DNA from: a virus
Taxonomy: Duplodnaviria; Heunggongvirae; Uroviricota; Caudoviricetes
Strand: one strand, 5' to 3'
Virus record (IMG/VR): IMGVR_UViG_2909282993_000003
Span: 1-42,124 of that record
DNA length: 42,124 bases
This document shows, piece after piece, positions 1-9,130 of the stretch (the first letter of the stretch is position 1; each line of letters opens with the position of its first letter). The translations under genes were made by a program, and so were the position numbers. The notes beneath the pieces were generated by a model, which had not been told where the DNA came from, did no database searches, and was given only the letters and a program-made list of their open reading frames with translations.

Positions 1-1119
1 TCAAATAACCAACTTAACCCATTCCTGACCTCGAGTATCGTTATAGCGATCGGTGGTTGCCTGGACTTTATGTCCTAGTAATGTTTTTGTATCGATACCC
101 TGTGCACGGTACAGCCGTTCTGATAGAGAGCGTTGTTCATGAAATGTTGGCGGAGTTTTTCCTGCTGGTGGAATTATCCCAGCCAGATCCCGTGCTTTGG
201 CAAAGTAGTCGCTCAGGTTGTCTTTACTCATCGGCTTCGGTTGTTTCTGGTGCCGACTATGGATTAGATATGGACTTAATATTCTGTCTCGGCACCCATC
301 AATAACTTCTTTTAACGTTATCCCAATGGCATCACAGCGTAGTGTAAGCGGTAACGCCAGACGCATTCCGGTTTTTCCCTGGGTGATATGCAAGTGTTCG
401 TTCCACACATCTGAAAAACGCATGTGGCAAATGTCATCACGGCGCTGACCAGTAACAATCGCAAGAAGCATTGCGTTACGGATAAAGTGTTTTTCAGGCG
501 TTGCATTGTAAATTTTTTGCCAGTCTTCCATGGTGAGCCTGGCTCTGGTTACTTTAGGGATCGGTTTACGGGTAGCCTCCGGAGGATTCCATCCAGGAGG
601 AACTTCCCCTGCATGCTGTGCTTCTTTATAAATATCAACCCATAATCCACGATTTACTCTCGCTGTGCTGACCATGTCTTTATCCAGCCACTCATCCAGT
701 ATTAATGCAAAGTCTCTTACTTCCAGTTCTTTCAATGGGTGGTTTCCCAGACGGGAAACCAAGTATGCAGCCATTCGAGTTTTTTCTTTGTGAGTTGTAG
801 CTGCAATATCTCCATTTTTCAGTCGCGTGTCCTGTATTTTCAGATATCGATCAACCCATGCCTTTAATCTGATACCCCGACGTTTTGTTGCTGACGGACT
901 TTCATCAATTTTGCGCATGAAATATTCAGCTTCTGCTGCAGCTATTCGCTGATTGGCTGTGGAAGCGATTTTTTCTGCCTTACCTTTGTCTGTTCCGAGT
1001 CCGTGAAATTTTCCAGTCACAGGATTTTTATACTGGTAGTAAACTCTGCCAGTTCTGCGATCAAACTTTTCGTAAAGACCGGCTACGTCAGTGCTGTTTT
1101 TTCGTGGCCTCGGTGACAT
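1..1119 (-). CDS. int: Phage integrase, tyrosine recombinase family
   Basis: 372-aa ORF at the prophage edge; C-terminal region with the R..H..R..Y arrangement typical of lambda-type integrases; stop codon at window position 1-3; followed by an overlapping small xis-like gene. Confidence 0.9.
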   Translation of the reverse strand: MSPRPRKNSTDVAGLYEKFDRRTGRVYYQYKNPVTGKFHGLGTDKGKAEKIASTANQRIAAAEAEYFMRKIDESPSATKRRGIRLKAWVDRYLKIQDTRLKNGDIAATTHKEKTRMAAYLVSRLGNHPLKELEVRDFALILDEWLDKDMVSTARVNRGLWVDIYKEAQHAGEVPPGWNPPEATRKPIPKVTRARLTMEDWQKIYNATPEKHFIRNAMLLAIVTGQRRDDICHMRFSDVWNEHLHITQGKTGMRLALPLTLRCDAIGITLKEVIDGCRDRILSPYLIHSRHQKQPKPMSKDNLSDYFAKARDLAGIIPPAGKTPPTFHEQRSLSERLYRAQGIDTKTLLGHKVQATTDRYNDTRGQEWVKLVI

Positions 1120-1357
1120 GAGTTAAAATCTCCTTCAGTGCATCATCATCGCCAGTATGAATTTCCGGCGCAATTCCCGTTTCACCAGGCCCAACAAATA
1201 CTGCTCGGCGATCTATCAGCCAACGCCCACGAATTTTTTGTGGCCTTGGAACGATGTATCCTAGTTTTCCGTATTTCACCAGGGTAGTGTTTGTTATTGG
1301 GAGACTGAACCGTTTTGGTTTCCACTCGTCGAGCGTTATCAGGTACTGTTCGCTCAT
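1088..1357 (-). CDS. xis: Excisionase-like small basic protein
   Basis: Small ORF directly upstream of int and overlapping its start by about 30 nt, the canonical int-xis arrangement; ATG at 1357 preceded by a GGAG ribosome-binding site. No sequence-level match to lambda Xis recalled, so the call is positional. Confidence 0.5.
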   Translation of the reverse strand: MSEQYLITLDEWKPKRFSLPITNTTLVKYGKLGYIVPRPQKIRGRWLIDRRAVFVGPGETGIAPEIHTGDDDALKEILTHVTEATKKQH

Positions 1358-1418
1358 GGCTATCACTCCGGAACGCGCCAGTTGCAGAATATCAACGACA
1401 ACTGGCGACGGTTGAACA

Positions 1419-3890
1419 TTAAAAATCAGCCTGACTCGGGATCAGTTTTTGCCAGATAACTGAAACGTATTTTGCCTGGTAACGGGCGTCATCAAGTGCA
1501 TTATGGCGCTCACCTTCGAATGGAATAGCCGTTCTGGCATCGAAGTCTATGGCTTTCCCCAGCTCAACGATTGTGCGTACATCGCGATCGTTGTAGTAAC
1601 GCCACGGGCAGGGGATCCCCTGCCGTTCGTATGAACGGCGCAAAATCGTGTTGTCGAAGTTGGCTCCATTTCCCCAGACCTGAACAAAAAATTCACCGGA
1701 GTTTTCGTCGATAAATTCCCGCAATTGTAACAGTGCATCATCTAACGGGATTTCATCGGTCATAATGGCAGATTGCGCCTCGCGTGATTGCTTAAGCCAC
1801 CATTTAATGGTGTCACGATCAATGACTCCGCCAGCAGTTTCCAGATCGATAGTCTTACTAAATTCCGGTCCCATATCTCCGGTTTGCGGATCGAAAAATA
1901 TTGCACCTATTGAGATAATCGGGGCATCAGGATTTTTTCCCATGGTTTCAAGGTCGATCATTAGATGGTCACACGTCCTGCTGGTGGATGTGATAACGCG
2001 ATGACCGTTCACCGTAATTAAGGGATCTGCCGTCTCGCCAGTTTCACTATCGCTGGCGTGATCCTGAGCGCTGCCAGCATTCTCCTTGTGTGGGTGTTCA
2101 GCGCCTTCCATTTTCTCCGAATCGTCTTCCTGAACTTCAACCTGGTTCTTGTCATCGAATGTTTCCTGGTATGTTGCGTCGCCCATCACCGCACCACAAT
2201 CAGGGCAGTTGCCACCACCGCTCTGACCGCAGGCGGTGCAGATTTTTTCCGGTTCCTGTTGCACTACTGGTTCAGGTTGTTTCGTTTCTGGCTCGTTTTG
2301 TTGCGTATTTGGGCTGTTTTGTTCCGCTTTCTGGTCGTTCTGTTCCGTTTCTTGCTGGTTCTGGTTCACAGTATCGCGGGTCTGGATCCCCTTAACCCAT
2401 TTCGGATCATTCGGGTCGCTAATCCCTTCAATAAATTCACCACGTGATGCAGCAAGCAACTTATCGGCGTCAGGCTGGCTGATATTGGCTGCCTGCATAA
2501 TTTTGTTTACTTCGTCAGCGGTAACTTTTACCGGTTCTGGCTGTGCGGTCGTGTCAGATGCACCAGTATTTTGTTGTGAACCTGAGTATGTACTGTTTTT
2601 GCGGGCGAAATATTCTTCTTTCGTGATTTCAGTAGCCCCGGCAGCCAGCGCCTTATCCAGACCAGAAAGTTTGTTTGCGCGACCGTATTTTTCGCCATCC
2701 TTGTCGGTGAAGAGGAAGTAGAACGGCCCCTCACGCTCTACAGATGGTTCGACTTCCACTTTGCATTCGGTTTTTTCGTTGTCCGGAATTGCCGTTTCCA
2801 CTGCATCAGTTTCTGGTACTGGCGACGAGAGAGTATCAGTTGCGCTCTGATTTGTTCCTTCATCTTCAAACACGCCCTTTGTAGTCAGGTATTCAGTAAT
2901 GTATTTGTTCAGTGCCACAGGATCTTTGTGAATGTCGATCGGACGTCCACGGACAAGGCCAAAAATAGTCTGGCGGTCGTAGCGAAGGGCATCAGGCTGT
3001 TTGCGCATCGATGCCGAGATACGCTTCCAGTCTTCGCGGTCGTTGTCGATAACTTCATTTTTTGCCCAGCGATGGATGCTGCCGTCAATGTTTCCGGCAT
3101 CCACATCACCAGGCCAGAGAGCGTAGGCCAGTTCGTCATCCAGTGTTTTCCATGTCTGCTTGTATTCGCGATGAATGACTGCAGTGACAGGGGAGATATT
3201 TTCTGCTGAGTTTTCAGTGTGCTGTCGGTTGACTCTGGCGCGGGCGAGATCAACAGCAGACGTGTATTTTCCGGTTTCCTTGCGTTCACCTTCGCGACGT
3301 TTTTTCCAGATGCGCATCTCTGCCTGAATTTCGGGCCATTTAGCTCCAGGCTTACATTTATGCTTAACCCACCCGATGGCATGCAACTTAAGTTCTGGAT
3401 ACATGGCGTTAACTTCTGGCATTTTCATCAACGCTTCAACGATATGTCCGTCGAATGTTGCCATGTCTTCCTGCAACAATTCCTGCGCGCTAATCACCAT
3501 ATCAACGGTGATGTTTTCACATGTGTCGAACTTAACCATGACAGCGTTCTGTACTTCAGGGGCCAGCTTGTCAAAAGTGACGTTCATCGGATCTGATTCA
3601 GTCTCAACCGGGACAAAGGAAGCAGACTCCTCATCCCAGCGGTTTTCCTGCATATATTCAGCATCCCAGGAATCGAGGGCAGGGCGGGGTATACCGGGTT
3701 TATCCTCGCAAACAAGAAATTTATAAGCGCAGTCCTGAGCAGCCGGATAATGCTCCAGGAATTGCCAGTGAAATTTTGCGCGGGCGCGACGTTCATCACC
3801 GGCTTCAATGGCAGTGGCTACAGCGACTGCACCTTCTTCCTTTATTGCCTGTTCGTTCGGAATGGCGGCGCAAATAAAGACTTTACTCAT
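1419..3890 (-). CDS. Putative exonuclease (YdfE-like), C-terminal DnaQ/DEDDh-type 3'-5' exonuclease fold, central Q/E/N-rich linker and Cys4 cluster
   Basis: 823-aa ORF; C-terminal segment has acidic and His motifs (DLETMG, FDNTIL, HNALDDA) consistent with DEDD exonucleases; CTACGQ...CPDCG zinc-ribbon-like motif; low-complexity Q/E/N/P-rich spacer. Matches my recollection of full-length Qin/Rac-type prophage exonuclease-like proteins. Confidence 0.7.
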   Translation of the reverse strand: MSKVFICAAIPNEQAIKEEGAVAVATAIEAGDERRARAKFHWQFLEHYPAAQDCAYKFLVCEDKPGIPRPALDSWDAEYMQENRWDEESASFVPVETESDPMNVTFDKLAPEVQNAVMVKFDTCENITVDMVISAQELLQEDMATFDGHIVEALMKMPEVNAMYPELKLHAIGWVKHKCKPGAKWPEIQAEMRIWKKRREGERKETGKYTSAVDLARARVNRQHTENSAENISPVTAVIHREYKQTWKTLDDELAYALWPGDVDAGNIDGSIHRWAKNEVIDNDREDWKRISASMRKQPDALRYDRQTIFGLVRGRPIDIHKDPVALNKYITEYLTTKGVFEDEGTNQSATDTLSSPVPETDAVETAIPDNEKTECKVEVEPSVEREGPFYFLFTDKDGEKYGRANKLSGLDKALAAGATEITKEEYFARKNSTYSGSQQNTGASDTTAQPEPVKVTADEVNKIMQAANISQPDADKLLAASRGEFIEGISDPNDPKWVKGIQTRDTVNQNQQETEQNDQKAEQNSPNTQQNEPETKQPEPVVQQEPEKICTACGQSGGGNCPDCGAVMGDATYQETFDDKNQVEVQEDDSEKMEGAEHPHKENAGSAQDHASDSETGETADPLITVNGHRVITSTSRTCDHLMIDLETMGKNPDAPIISIGAIFFDPQTGDMGPEFSKTIDLETAGGVIDRDTIKWWLKQSREAQSAIMTDEIPLDDALLQLREFIDENSGEFFVQVWGNGANFDNTILRRSYERQGIPCPWRYYNDRDVRTIVELGKAIDFDARTAIPFEGERHNALDDARYQAKYVSVIWQKLIPSQADF

Positions 3891-3982
3891 TTTGTTTTAC
3901 CTCATTACAGATTTAAGGGTGAACAAATCCCTGCCATTGCTGGCATATAAGAATGAAAGCGGATGTTTATTACGGAACTGTT

Positions 3983-4174
3983 TTAAAGACCTGCCGGGAT
4001 TTCGTTATTATCCTGGTGAATAACTTTATCGACCGGGTAACAGTTACCGGGAATTTTCTGTTCGGTTGCTGCAGTCATACATTCCTGCATTGTCCTGTGA
4101 ACACTGACTGCAATATCAACTGGCTCTCCGGAAACAAGATAAACTGTCAGAACAAGCGCAAATGCTGAATTCAT
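3983..4174 (-). CDS. ydfD: YdfD-like small protein (Qin prophage lysis-associated protein)
   Basis: 63-aa product MNSAFALVLTVYLVSG... with hydrophobic N-terminus; start overlaps dicB stop by 4 nt (ATGA-type coupling), as in the dicB-ydfD arrangement. Confidence 0.7.
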   Translation of the reverse strand: MNSAFALVLTVYLVSGEPVDIAVSVHRTMQECMTAATEQKIPGNCYPVDKVIHQDNNEIPAGL

Positions 4175-4359
4175 TGTGCACATCCTTTTGGCATCAGACG
4201 TAAACGAGCCAGCATTGAAACAATGCATATTTTATTTAATAGCTCCCGTTCTTGTTTTCTCTTGTTAATGGCATCTTCAGTAAATACTGGGTTACTGATA
4301 GTGACACCAATTTCAAAACAACCTTCAGACGTATTAACGTTTGGTAATAACGTTTCCAT
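4171..4359 (-). CDS. dicB: Cell division inhibitor DicB
   Basis: 62-aa product METLLPNVNTSEGCFEIGVTISNPVFTEDAINKRKQERELLNKICIVSMLARLRLMPKGCAQ, which matches my recollection of E. coli DicB nearly residue for residue; sits about 170 nt downstream of the DicF sequence. Confidence 0.85.
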   Translation of the reverse strand: METLLPNVNTSEGCFEIGVTISNPVFTEDAINKRKQERELLNKICIVSMLARLRLMPKGCAQ

Positions 4360-4528
4360 TATCGCGTCCTCAACAATGAATTTTGTGATGCGGTGCCTGG
4401 TGCCTCCAGGTGACGTTAACCAGTTAACAATTAACGCCGGATACAGAGAACCCACCCATAACACTGTTTTTGGTTTTAACTGTTCCGCGTGCGCTCAGCC
4501 GCATTCACCGCATCACAAAATTCACTTT

Positions 4529-4586
4529 AAAAAGGGCGGCAGAGCAGTCACGGAGTAAAACTGATACCGCTAAACGCCACCAGAAA
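4529..4586 (-). ncRNA. dicF: DicF small RNA (ftsZ-targeting antisense sRNA) with intrinsic terminator
   Basis: Reverse complement reads TTTCTGGTGGCGTTTAGCGGTATCAGTTTTACTCCGTGACTGCTCTGCCGCCCTTTTT, differing at about two positions from the DicF sequence I recall; ends in a GC stem plus U-run. Confidence 0.85.
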
Positions 4587-4917
4587 ATTGATAACAGAGG
4601 GCGTTGCAGCGGGGTTGTCACTTAAGCGTATGGTCAACCTGACAACCCGGTGTCCTCAACGGGGAAGGAATAACCCCGCCATACTTACCGCCGCGCCATT
4701 TCGCGGATTGCCACAACCGGAAGCGCACGGTCGAATTAAATTTAACGACACCGTACAGACAGAATAACTTCGCCGTGCGCTTTCGCGTTATGTCCTGACT
4801 TTTCAGGGATATATCCTTCCAGTAAACTGCCAGTGCCGGATGCTCACCCGTGTCCGGCGCACGCACTCCACCTGACCCGTGGAGAACTCCTTAATTACCA
4901 ACCCTCAGGAGGGTGAA

Positions 4918-5139
4918 ATGACTAGTAAAAATGTAAATATCCAGTTTAACCACGATGTTTCTCCTGCTGGACTTGCGGATGAGCTCACTGCTATAAAAAC
5001 GGCAATTATGCTACTTGCTGCTAAGTTGCCTGCGTCATCAAAGCCAGCGGAAATTTGTGACTCATTGCGTAAGATGAATTCAACAAAATGCAATGAGATG
5101 GCATCACTTATTGAAAGTGCAATTGATTTTAATGATTAA
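4918..5139 (+). CDS. Hypothetical small protein (73 aa), opposite strand to the dicB operon
   Basis: ATG preceded by a strong Shine-Dalgarno (AGGAGGG, 7 nt spacing); 3' end overlaps the convergent 124-aa ORF by 11 nt. No recognisable domain. Confidence 0.4.
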   Translation: MTSKNVNIQFNHDVSPAGLADELTAIKTAIMLLAAKLPASSKPAEICDSLRKMNSTKCNEMASLIESAIDFND

Positions 5140-5503
5140 TCGAAATTTCATGGCTAACTGTAACACTCCCATCTGTGGCGGGATGGTTTAAATCGCTGGG
5201 ATTAATGCCGCACTCAGTAAAATGGTTCTTAAGGGGTTCTATCCGAATCCCTTTCTTTTTCATTAACAAGCCAAACCCCTTATCAATGATATCCATTAAT
5301 TCCAGGAGGTATTTTTCATGTAAATCCTGGTTATCAGAGAGCTGCTTCTCTTCGTACAGACCGATAAAGGCACGACGCACGTTACCGGATATAGTATCGA
5401 TGGTTTCTTTTTCTACGGTACTCAGGTCAAGAGTCGCCAGTTGGGAACGAACTATATTCGCTGCCATTTCCTGGAATTGCATTGGTAAATCTTTAAATTC
5501 CAT
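5129..5503 (-). CDS. Hypothetical protein (124 aa) between ydfC and dicF
   Basis: ORF with a GAGG ribosome-binding site about 8 nt upstream of the ATG; co-oriented with the dicA-ydfABC-dicF-dicB operon. No recognisable family. Confidence 0.5.
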   Translation of the reverse strand: MEFKDLPMQFQEMAANIVRSQLATLDLSTVEKETIDTISGNVRRAFIGLYEEKQLSDNQDLHEKYLLELMDIIDKGFGLLMKKKGIRIEPLKNHFTECGINPSDLNHPATDGSVTVSHEISINH

Positions 5504-5525
5504 TATTAGCCTCGTTGGTTAGCTA

Positions 5526-5744
5526 TTAACGTGGGTATGTAATCATTCTGGCAATGCTTAATGCCGCTGCTTTTTCCAAATTGGTGATATCCTGCTCCAG
5601 AGCGGACAGATTTTCAGCCTGCTTAGCCTTGGCTTCATTGGCCCATTTCAGGTCCTGCGCGGCCTTAATTTTCTGGCGCATCCACTCATAAAGCTCATCA
5701 TCGGTATAGTCTGGCGCGATGATGACGGGTTCTCGTTTCTGCAT
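5526..5744 (-). CDS. ydfC: YdfC-like small protein
   Basis: 72-aa ORF in the position and size of Qin ydfC, immediately downstream of ydfB in the dicA-led operon. Confidence 0.6.
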   Translation of the reverse strand: MQKREPVIIAPDYTDDELYEWMRQKIKAAQDLKWANEAKAKQAENLSALEQDITNLEKAAALSIARMITYPR

Positions 5745-5773
5745 ACTGATTCCTCGCGGTGCTGTTTCGCTTA

Positions 5774-5902
5774 TCAGCCGTTAGATTTTGCCGAGCTGGA
5801 AAGCGCCCGTTTAAATTCGCTGAAGCTGAGAGCTTCTTCGCCTTCGGCAAGGCCTTCGAAGTATTCTTCGTAAGCCTTTTCCATGATTGTGTCGAAATCC
5901 AT
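5774..5902 (-). CDS. ydfB: YdfB-like small protein (42 aa)
   Basis: Found by manual translation (MDFDTIMEKAYEEYFEGLAEGEEALSFSEFKRALSSSAKSNG); below the 60-aa cutoff of the ORF track; 129 nt, same size and position as Qin ydfB; start abuts the ydfA stop. Confidence 0.5.
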   Translation of the reverse strand: MDFDTIMEKAYEEYFEGLAEGEEALSFSEFKRALSSSAKSNG

Positions 5903-5903
5903 A

Positions 5904-6059
5904 TCACTCACCTGAGTTTCTTTCCAGCCAGCGACGGGCACCATTTTCGGTTTTAAACGTTTTGCTTTTGGTATACGTCATCGCGGTGAACGTACCGTCC
6001 TGGTTGGGGAACACGCCACATACCAGAGATTCGCTGTTGCCAAGATCGATAGTATCCAT
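5904..6059 (-). CDS. ydfA: YdfA-like small protein (51 aa)
   Basis: Internal Met of the 5904..6215 ORF gives MDTIDLGNSESLVCGVFPNQDGTFTAMTYTKSKTFKTENGARRWLERNSGE, matching recalled YdfA in size and sequence. Confidence 0.6.
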   Translation of the reverse strand: MDTIDLGNSESLVCGVFPNQDGTFTAMTYTKSKTFKTENGARRWLERNSGE

Positions 6060-6251
6060 GCTGACCTCATTTCCCCTTAACGCCGGGGTAGCGGAACTGT
6101 TTGCGGAGAACACCGTGCGGTGTATTGATGGAGGTAATTTAGTTTTCTCATTATTTTTCGTCAAGGTTTTTTGATGAGAAAACTCAAGTATTGGCGCAAG
6201 ATAAAGCCAATACATTGAAATGTAAGGCTTTAAAATTTTGTGAAGGGATGA

Positions 6252-6659
6252 TTATTGATGCTTGTTGCGTTTGCGAGCCTCTAATAGCTCGGTGAACAGG
6301 CGATTAAAATTCTCAACGCGGGCGCGGAGTTCGCTGAGTTGTGCTTGTTGCTCTGATTTAGGAAGTGCGCGATACAAACGCATCATCTCTAACTCATCTT
6401 CCGATAAGTCTAGGGTACTATCGAGTGAAACAGGGGGAGCTGGTGTTTTGTCCTCGTCGCCAAACAGTATCCAGGTTGGTGAACATTGCAATACCTCGGC
6501 GAGGCGATGCAAATTTTGCCCGCGCGGGGCTGTATGGTCACTTTCCCATAATGAAATTGATGAGCCAGATACGCCAGCAGCTTTGCTTAAACCGTTTTGA
6601 CTTAAGCCTACCTGCTTACGTCTTTCTCTAATGCGTTGACCTAAAGTTTTCTCGTTCAT
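6252..6659 (-). CDS. dicA: HTH-type repressor DicA (XRE family, cI-like immunity repressor)
   Basis: 135-aa product from the internal Met MNEKTLGQRIRERRK...; LQCSPTWILFGDEDK and C-terminal ...LRARVENFNRLFTELLEARKRNK match recalled E. coli DicA closely; divergent from dicC. Confidence 0.9.
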   Translation of the reverse strand: MNEKTLGQRIRERRKQVGLSQNGLSKAAGVSGSSISLWESDHTAPRGQNLHRLAEVLQCSPTWILFGDEDKTPAPPVSLDSTLDLSEDELEMMRLYRALPKSEQQAQLSELRARVENFNRLFTELLEARKRNKHQ

Positions 6660-6736
6660 ATTTAGATATCTTAATAACCCTTGACTTGAGATTCCTTGAG
6701 TGATTAGCATTGAGAAAACTCAATATTGGAGGTGCG
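6660..6736. promoter_or_regulatory. Divergent dicA/dicC promoter-operator region with imperfect palindromes
   Basis: Intergenic segment between divergent repressor genes; contains ATTTAGATATCTTAAT (palindromic core AGATATCT) abutting the dicA start and TTGAGAAAACTCAA (5-bp arms TTGAG/CTCAA) next to the dicC ribosome-binding site. Confidence 0.45.
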
Positions 6737-6964
6737 ATGTTTAAATCAGACGTAATTAATTTTTACGGTACGAAAGCCAAAGTAGCGAAAGCTGCTGGCG
6801 TTGACCCATCTGCTGTTTCTCAATGGCAAGAGCTCGTTCCTGAAGGTCGCGCGATGCGTCTACAGGAGGCATCTGGCGGGGAGCTTCAGTATGATCCCAA
6901 AGTTTATGACGAATATCGTAAGACGAAGCGGGCGGGGCGGTTGAACAATGAAAATCACTCCTGA
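6737..6964 (+). CDS. dicC: Cro-like regulator DicC
   Basis: ATG at 6737 preceded by GGAGGTG; product ends ...LVPEGRAMRLQEASGGELQYDPKVYDEYRKTKRAGRLNNENHS, matching recalled DicC. Confidence 0.85.
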   Translation: MFKSDVINFYGTKAKVAKAAGVDPSAVSQWQELVPEGRAMRLQEASGGELQYDPKVYDEYRKTKRAGRLNNENHS

Positions 6965-7469
6965 ACAGGCTCGTGAGGCTCTGGATGCCTGGATATGTCG
7001 ACCAGGAATGACACAGGAGCAGGCGACGATATTAATCACTGAAGCATTCTGGGCTTTGAAAGAGCGCCCGAACATTGATGTTCAGCGTGTCACATCTGAA
7101 GGTGGCGTGGTTGATCAGCGAGCGCTTGGCGTTAATCGAGTGAAGATATTCGAACGCTGGAAGGCTATCGACACTAGGGATAAGCGTGAAAAGTTCACAG
7201 CGCTAGTGCCTGCAATTATGGAGGCTATCCGGATTAATGATTTCAGGTTGTATCGTGAAATTAGTGACGGAAAAAGCATCACGTACATGATCGCCGGGTT
7301 AAACAAAGAATATGGCGATGTGGTGGAGTCCGGACTGCTTTTTGCTGATCCTGCCGTAGTGGATCGTGAAACTGACGAACTTATAGAAAAAGCAATTGCT
7401 TTCAAACTTGCGTATCGACAGCAATACCAACAAAAAGCTGGATGGAATTATGAGCCTTCTTTTTGCTGA
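6948..7469 (+). CDS. Hypothetical early protein (173 aa) in the cII/ydaT position
   Basis: ORF immediately downstream of the cro-like gene, overlapping its stop by 17 nt; no confident family assignment. Confidence 0.5.
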   Translation: MKITPEQAREALDAWICRPGMTQEQATILITEAFWALKERPNIDVQRVTSEGGVVDQRALGVNRVKIFERWKAIDTRDKREKFTALVPAIMEAIRINDFRLYREISDGKSITYMIAGLNKEYGDVVESGLLFADPAVVDRETDELIEKAIAFKLAYRQQYQQKAGWNYEPSFC

Positions 7470-8415
7470 ACGCCCACTGGTTATAAACACACAGCTTGCG
7501 ATGAAGATTGGCTTAAATGAAGCCATTGTGTTGCAGCAGTTGCATTACTGGTTGAGAGATACCAATTCCGGCATGGAATGTGATGGTGTTCGCTGGATTT
7601 ACAACACAACGGAACAATGGCTGGAACAGTTCCCATTCTGGTCAGAGTCAACGTTAAAGCGCGCGTTTGCAAGTCTGAAAACGCTGGGGCTCTTGCGTTG
7701 TGAAAAGCTCAATAAATCAAAGCGCGATATGACCAATTTCTACACGATTAACTATGGGAGCGAGCTTTTAGATGATGGCAAATTGAGCGAATCCATCGGT
7801 TCAAAATGCGCCGCTCCATCAGGTCAAAATGACACGATGGAAGAGGTCAAAATGAAACGCTCCATTGGTTCAAAACGACCCAATGTCATCGGGTCAAAAT
7901 GGCCCGATGATCCTACAGAGAATACAACAGAGATTACTACAGAGAATAAAAACACTTTTCGTCCGGAAGCTTCGCAACCGGACCCGCAGACGGCTGAACA
8001 GGATTTTTTAATCCGGCACCCTGGCGCAGTTGTGTTTAGTGCGAAAAAACGCCAGTGGGGTAGCCAGGAGGATCTGGCGTGTGCGCAGTGGATATGGGGG
8101 CGGATCGTGGGTCTCTACGAACAGGCCGCCAGTGATGATGGCGAGATCATGCGACCAAAAGAGCCTAACTGGACTGTCTGGGCCAATGATGTGCGCACAA
8201 TGCGGATGCTGGATGGCAGAAGCCACAGACAAATTTGTGAAATGTTTGGTCGGGTACAGCGGGATCCGTTCTGGGTAAAAAACATCATGAGCCCGTCAAA
8301 GCTCCGCGAAAAATGGGACGAACTGGTCATCCGCCTGGGGCGTTCACCTGTACAGCGTTGTGTTAATCATATTTCTGAACCGGATACAGAAATTCCGCCT
8401 GGTTTCAGAGGATAA
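7450..8415 (+). CDS. Replication initiation protein (lambda O-like) containing the origin iterons
   Basis: N-terminal segment LAMKIGLNEAIVLQQLHYWL resembles the DNA-binding N-domain of phage initiator proteins; five direct repeats lie within the coding sequence and encode the repeated SIGSK peptide; AT-rich stretch follows. Start could alternatively be the upstream TTG at 7396. Confidence 0.7.
   Translation: MSLLFAERPLVINTQLAMKIGLNEAIVLQQLHYWLRDTNSGMECDGVRWIYNTTEQWLEQFPFWSESTLKRAFASLKTLGLLRCEKLNKSKRDMTNFYTINYGSELLDDGKLSESIGSKCAAPSGQNDTMEEVKMKRSIGSKRPNVIGSKWPDDPTENTTEITTENKNTFRPEASQPDPQTAEQDFLIRHPGAVVFSAKKRQWGSQEDLACAQWIWGRIVGLYEQAASDDGEIMRPKEPNWTVWANDVRTMRMLDGRSHRQICEMFGRVQRDPFWVKNIMSPSKLREKWDELVIRLGRSPVQRCVNHISEPDTEIPPGFRG
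7793..7902 (+). repeat. Iteron array (5 copies, about 23-bp period, consensus TCCATCGGTTCAAAATG): candidate ori
   Basis: Direct repeats at about 7793, 7816, 7844, 7862 and 7887, followed by AT-rich ACAGAGA-type repeats at 7910-7960; same organisation as lambda ori inside gene O. Confidence 0.7.
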
Positions 8416-8455
8416 GTTTTGATTTCAGGTCATGAGGTAATTTTAAGGGGGACTT

Positions 8456-8878
8456 GTGGCAAAAGTTTTTACACAAGAAGAGCGGGAAAAAATTAAAGGG
8501 CAGGTGGTGGAACTCGTGCGCCAGAGCGGTCGTGAGACGTTACGGCAACTGGAAGTCAAGACAGGTGCGACAAGATATCTGATGAGCGTTCTCGCAAGAG
8601 AGCTGGTTGCCAGCGGCGATGTATACAACTCTGGTTACGGGTTATTCCCGTCTGAACAGGCGCGTAAGGACTGGCAAAATGCCCGTAAAAAGCTCTCAAG
8701 GGCAAAGCTGAAGGAACCATCTGCGGTTGATCCGGACCTTATCTGGTCATTACCTGACGGAGAAATACGTCGCTACGACAGGCGTCAGAACATAATCTGT
8801 CACGAGTGCCGGAAGAGTGAAGTTATGCAGCGCATACTAGCATTCTATCAGGGAAATGCTCGATATTTATTGAAGTGA
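8456..8878 (+). CDS. Hypothetical protein (140 aa) downstream of the initiator
   Basis: GTG start preceded by AAGGGGGA; basic protein; too small for a DnaC/P-type helicase loader; no recognisable motif. Confidence 0.5.
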   Translation: MAKVFTQEEREKIKGQVVELVRQSGRETLRQLEVKTGATRYLMSVLARELVASGDVYNSGYGLFPSEQARKDWQNARKKLSRAKLKEPSAVDPDLIWSLPDGEIRRYDRRQNIICHECRKSEVMQRILAFYQGNARYLLK

Positions 8879-9130
8879 TGAGATTAAAGTTTATTAGTTC
8901 AGATATTGATTGGCTCTTTTGTGGAGTAGGGTAGAGTTAGTGTGTTTGTCTGCTTGGTGCCAGCAGCGGATATGTTTAACAACAGAAAGCATTCAGCATG
9001 GTTAGTGGATTTGCAAAGTGGATTAGGATTTGAGAAACTTTGATGAAGTTGTAAAGCTTGTTTCTATAAAAATAGAAATTTAACTAATAGTTAAACACAC
9101 CTCCAGCTTCATTGAAAAGGATTATTAGCT

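Noticed and set aside
2058-3726. Several 100-160-aa plus-strand ORFs inside the exonuclease-like gene
   Set aside because: They overlap the 823-aa minus-strand gene and have skewed low-complexity composition (Cys/Phe/Ser-rich); antisense artefacts.
4618-4866. 82-aa minus-strand ORF immediately upstream of DicF
   Set aside because: It lies in the region expected to be the DicF precursor transcript; the translation is Arg/Gly-rich with no ribosome-binding site; likely non-coding.
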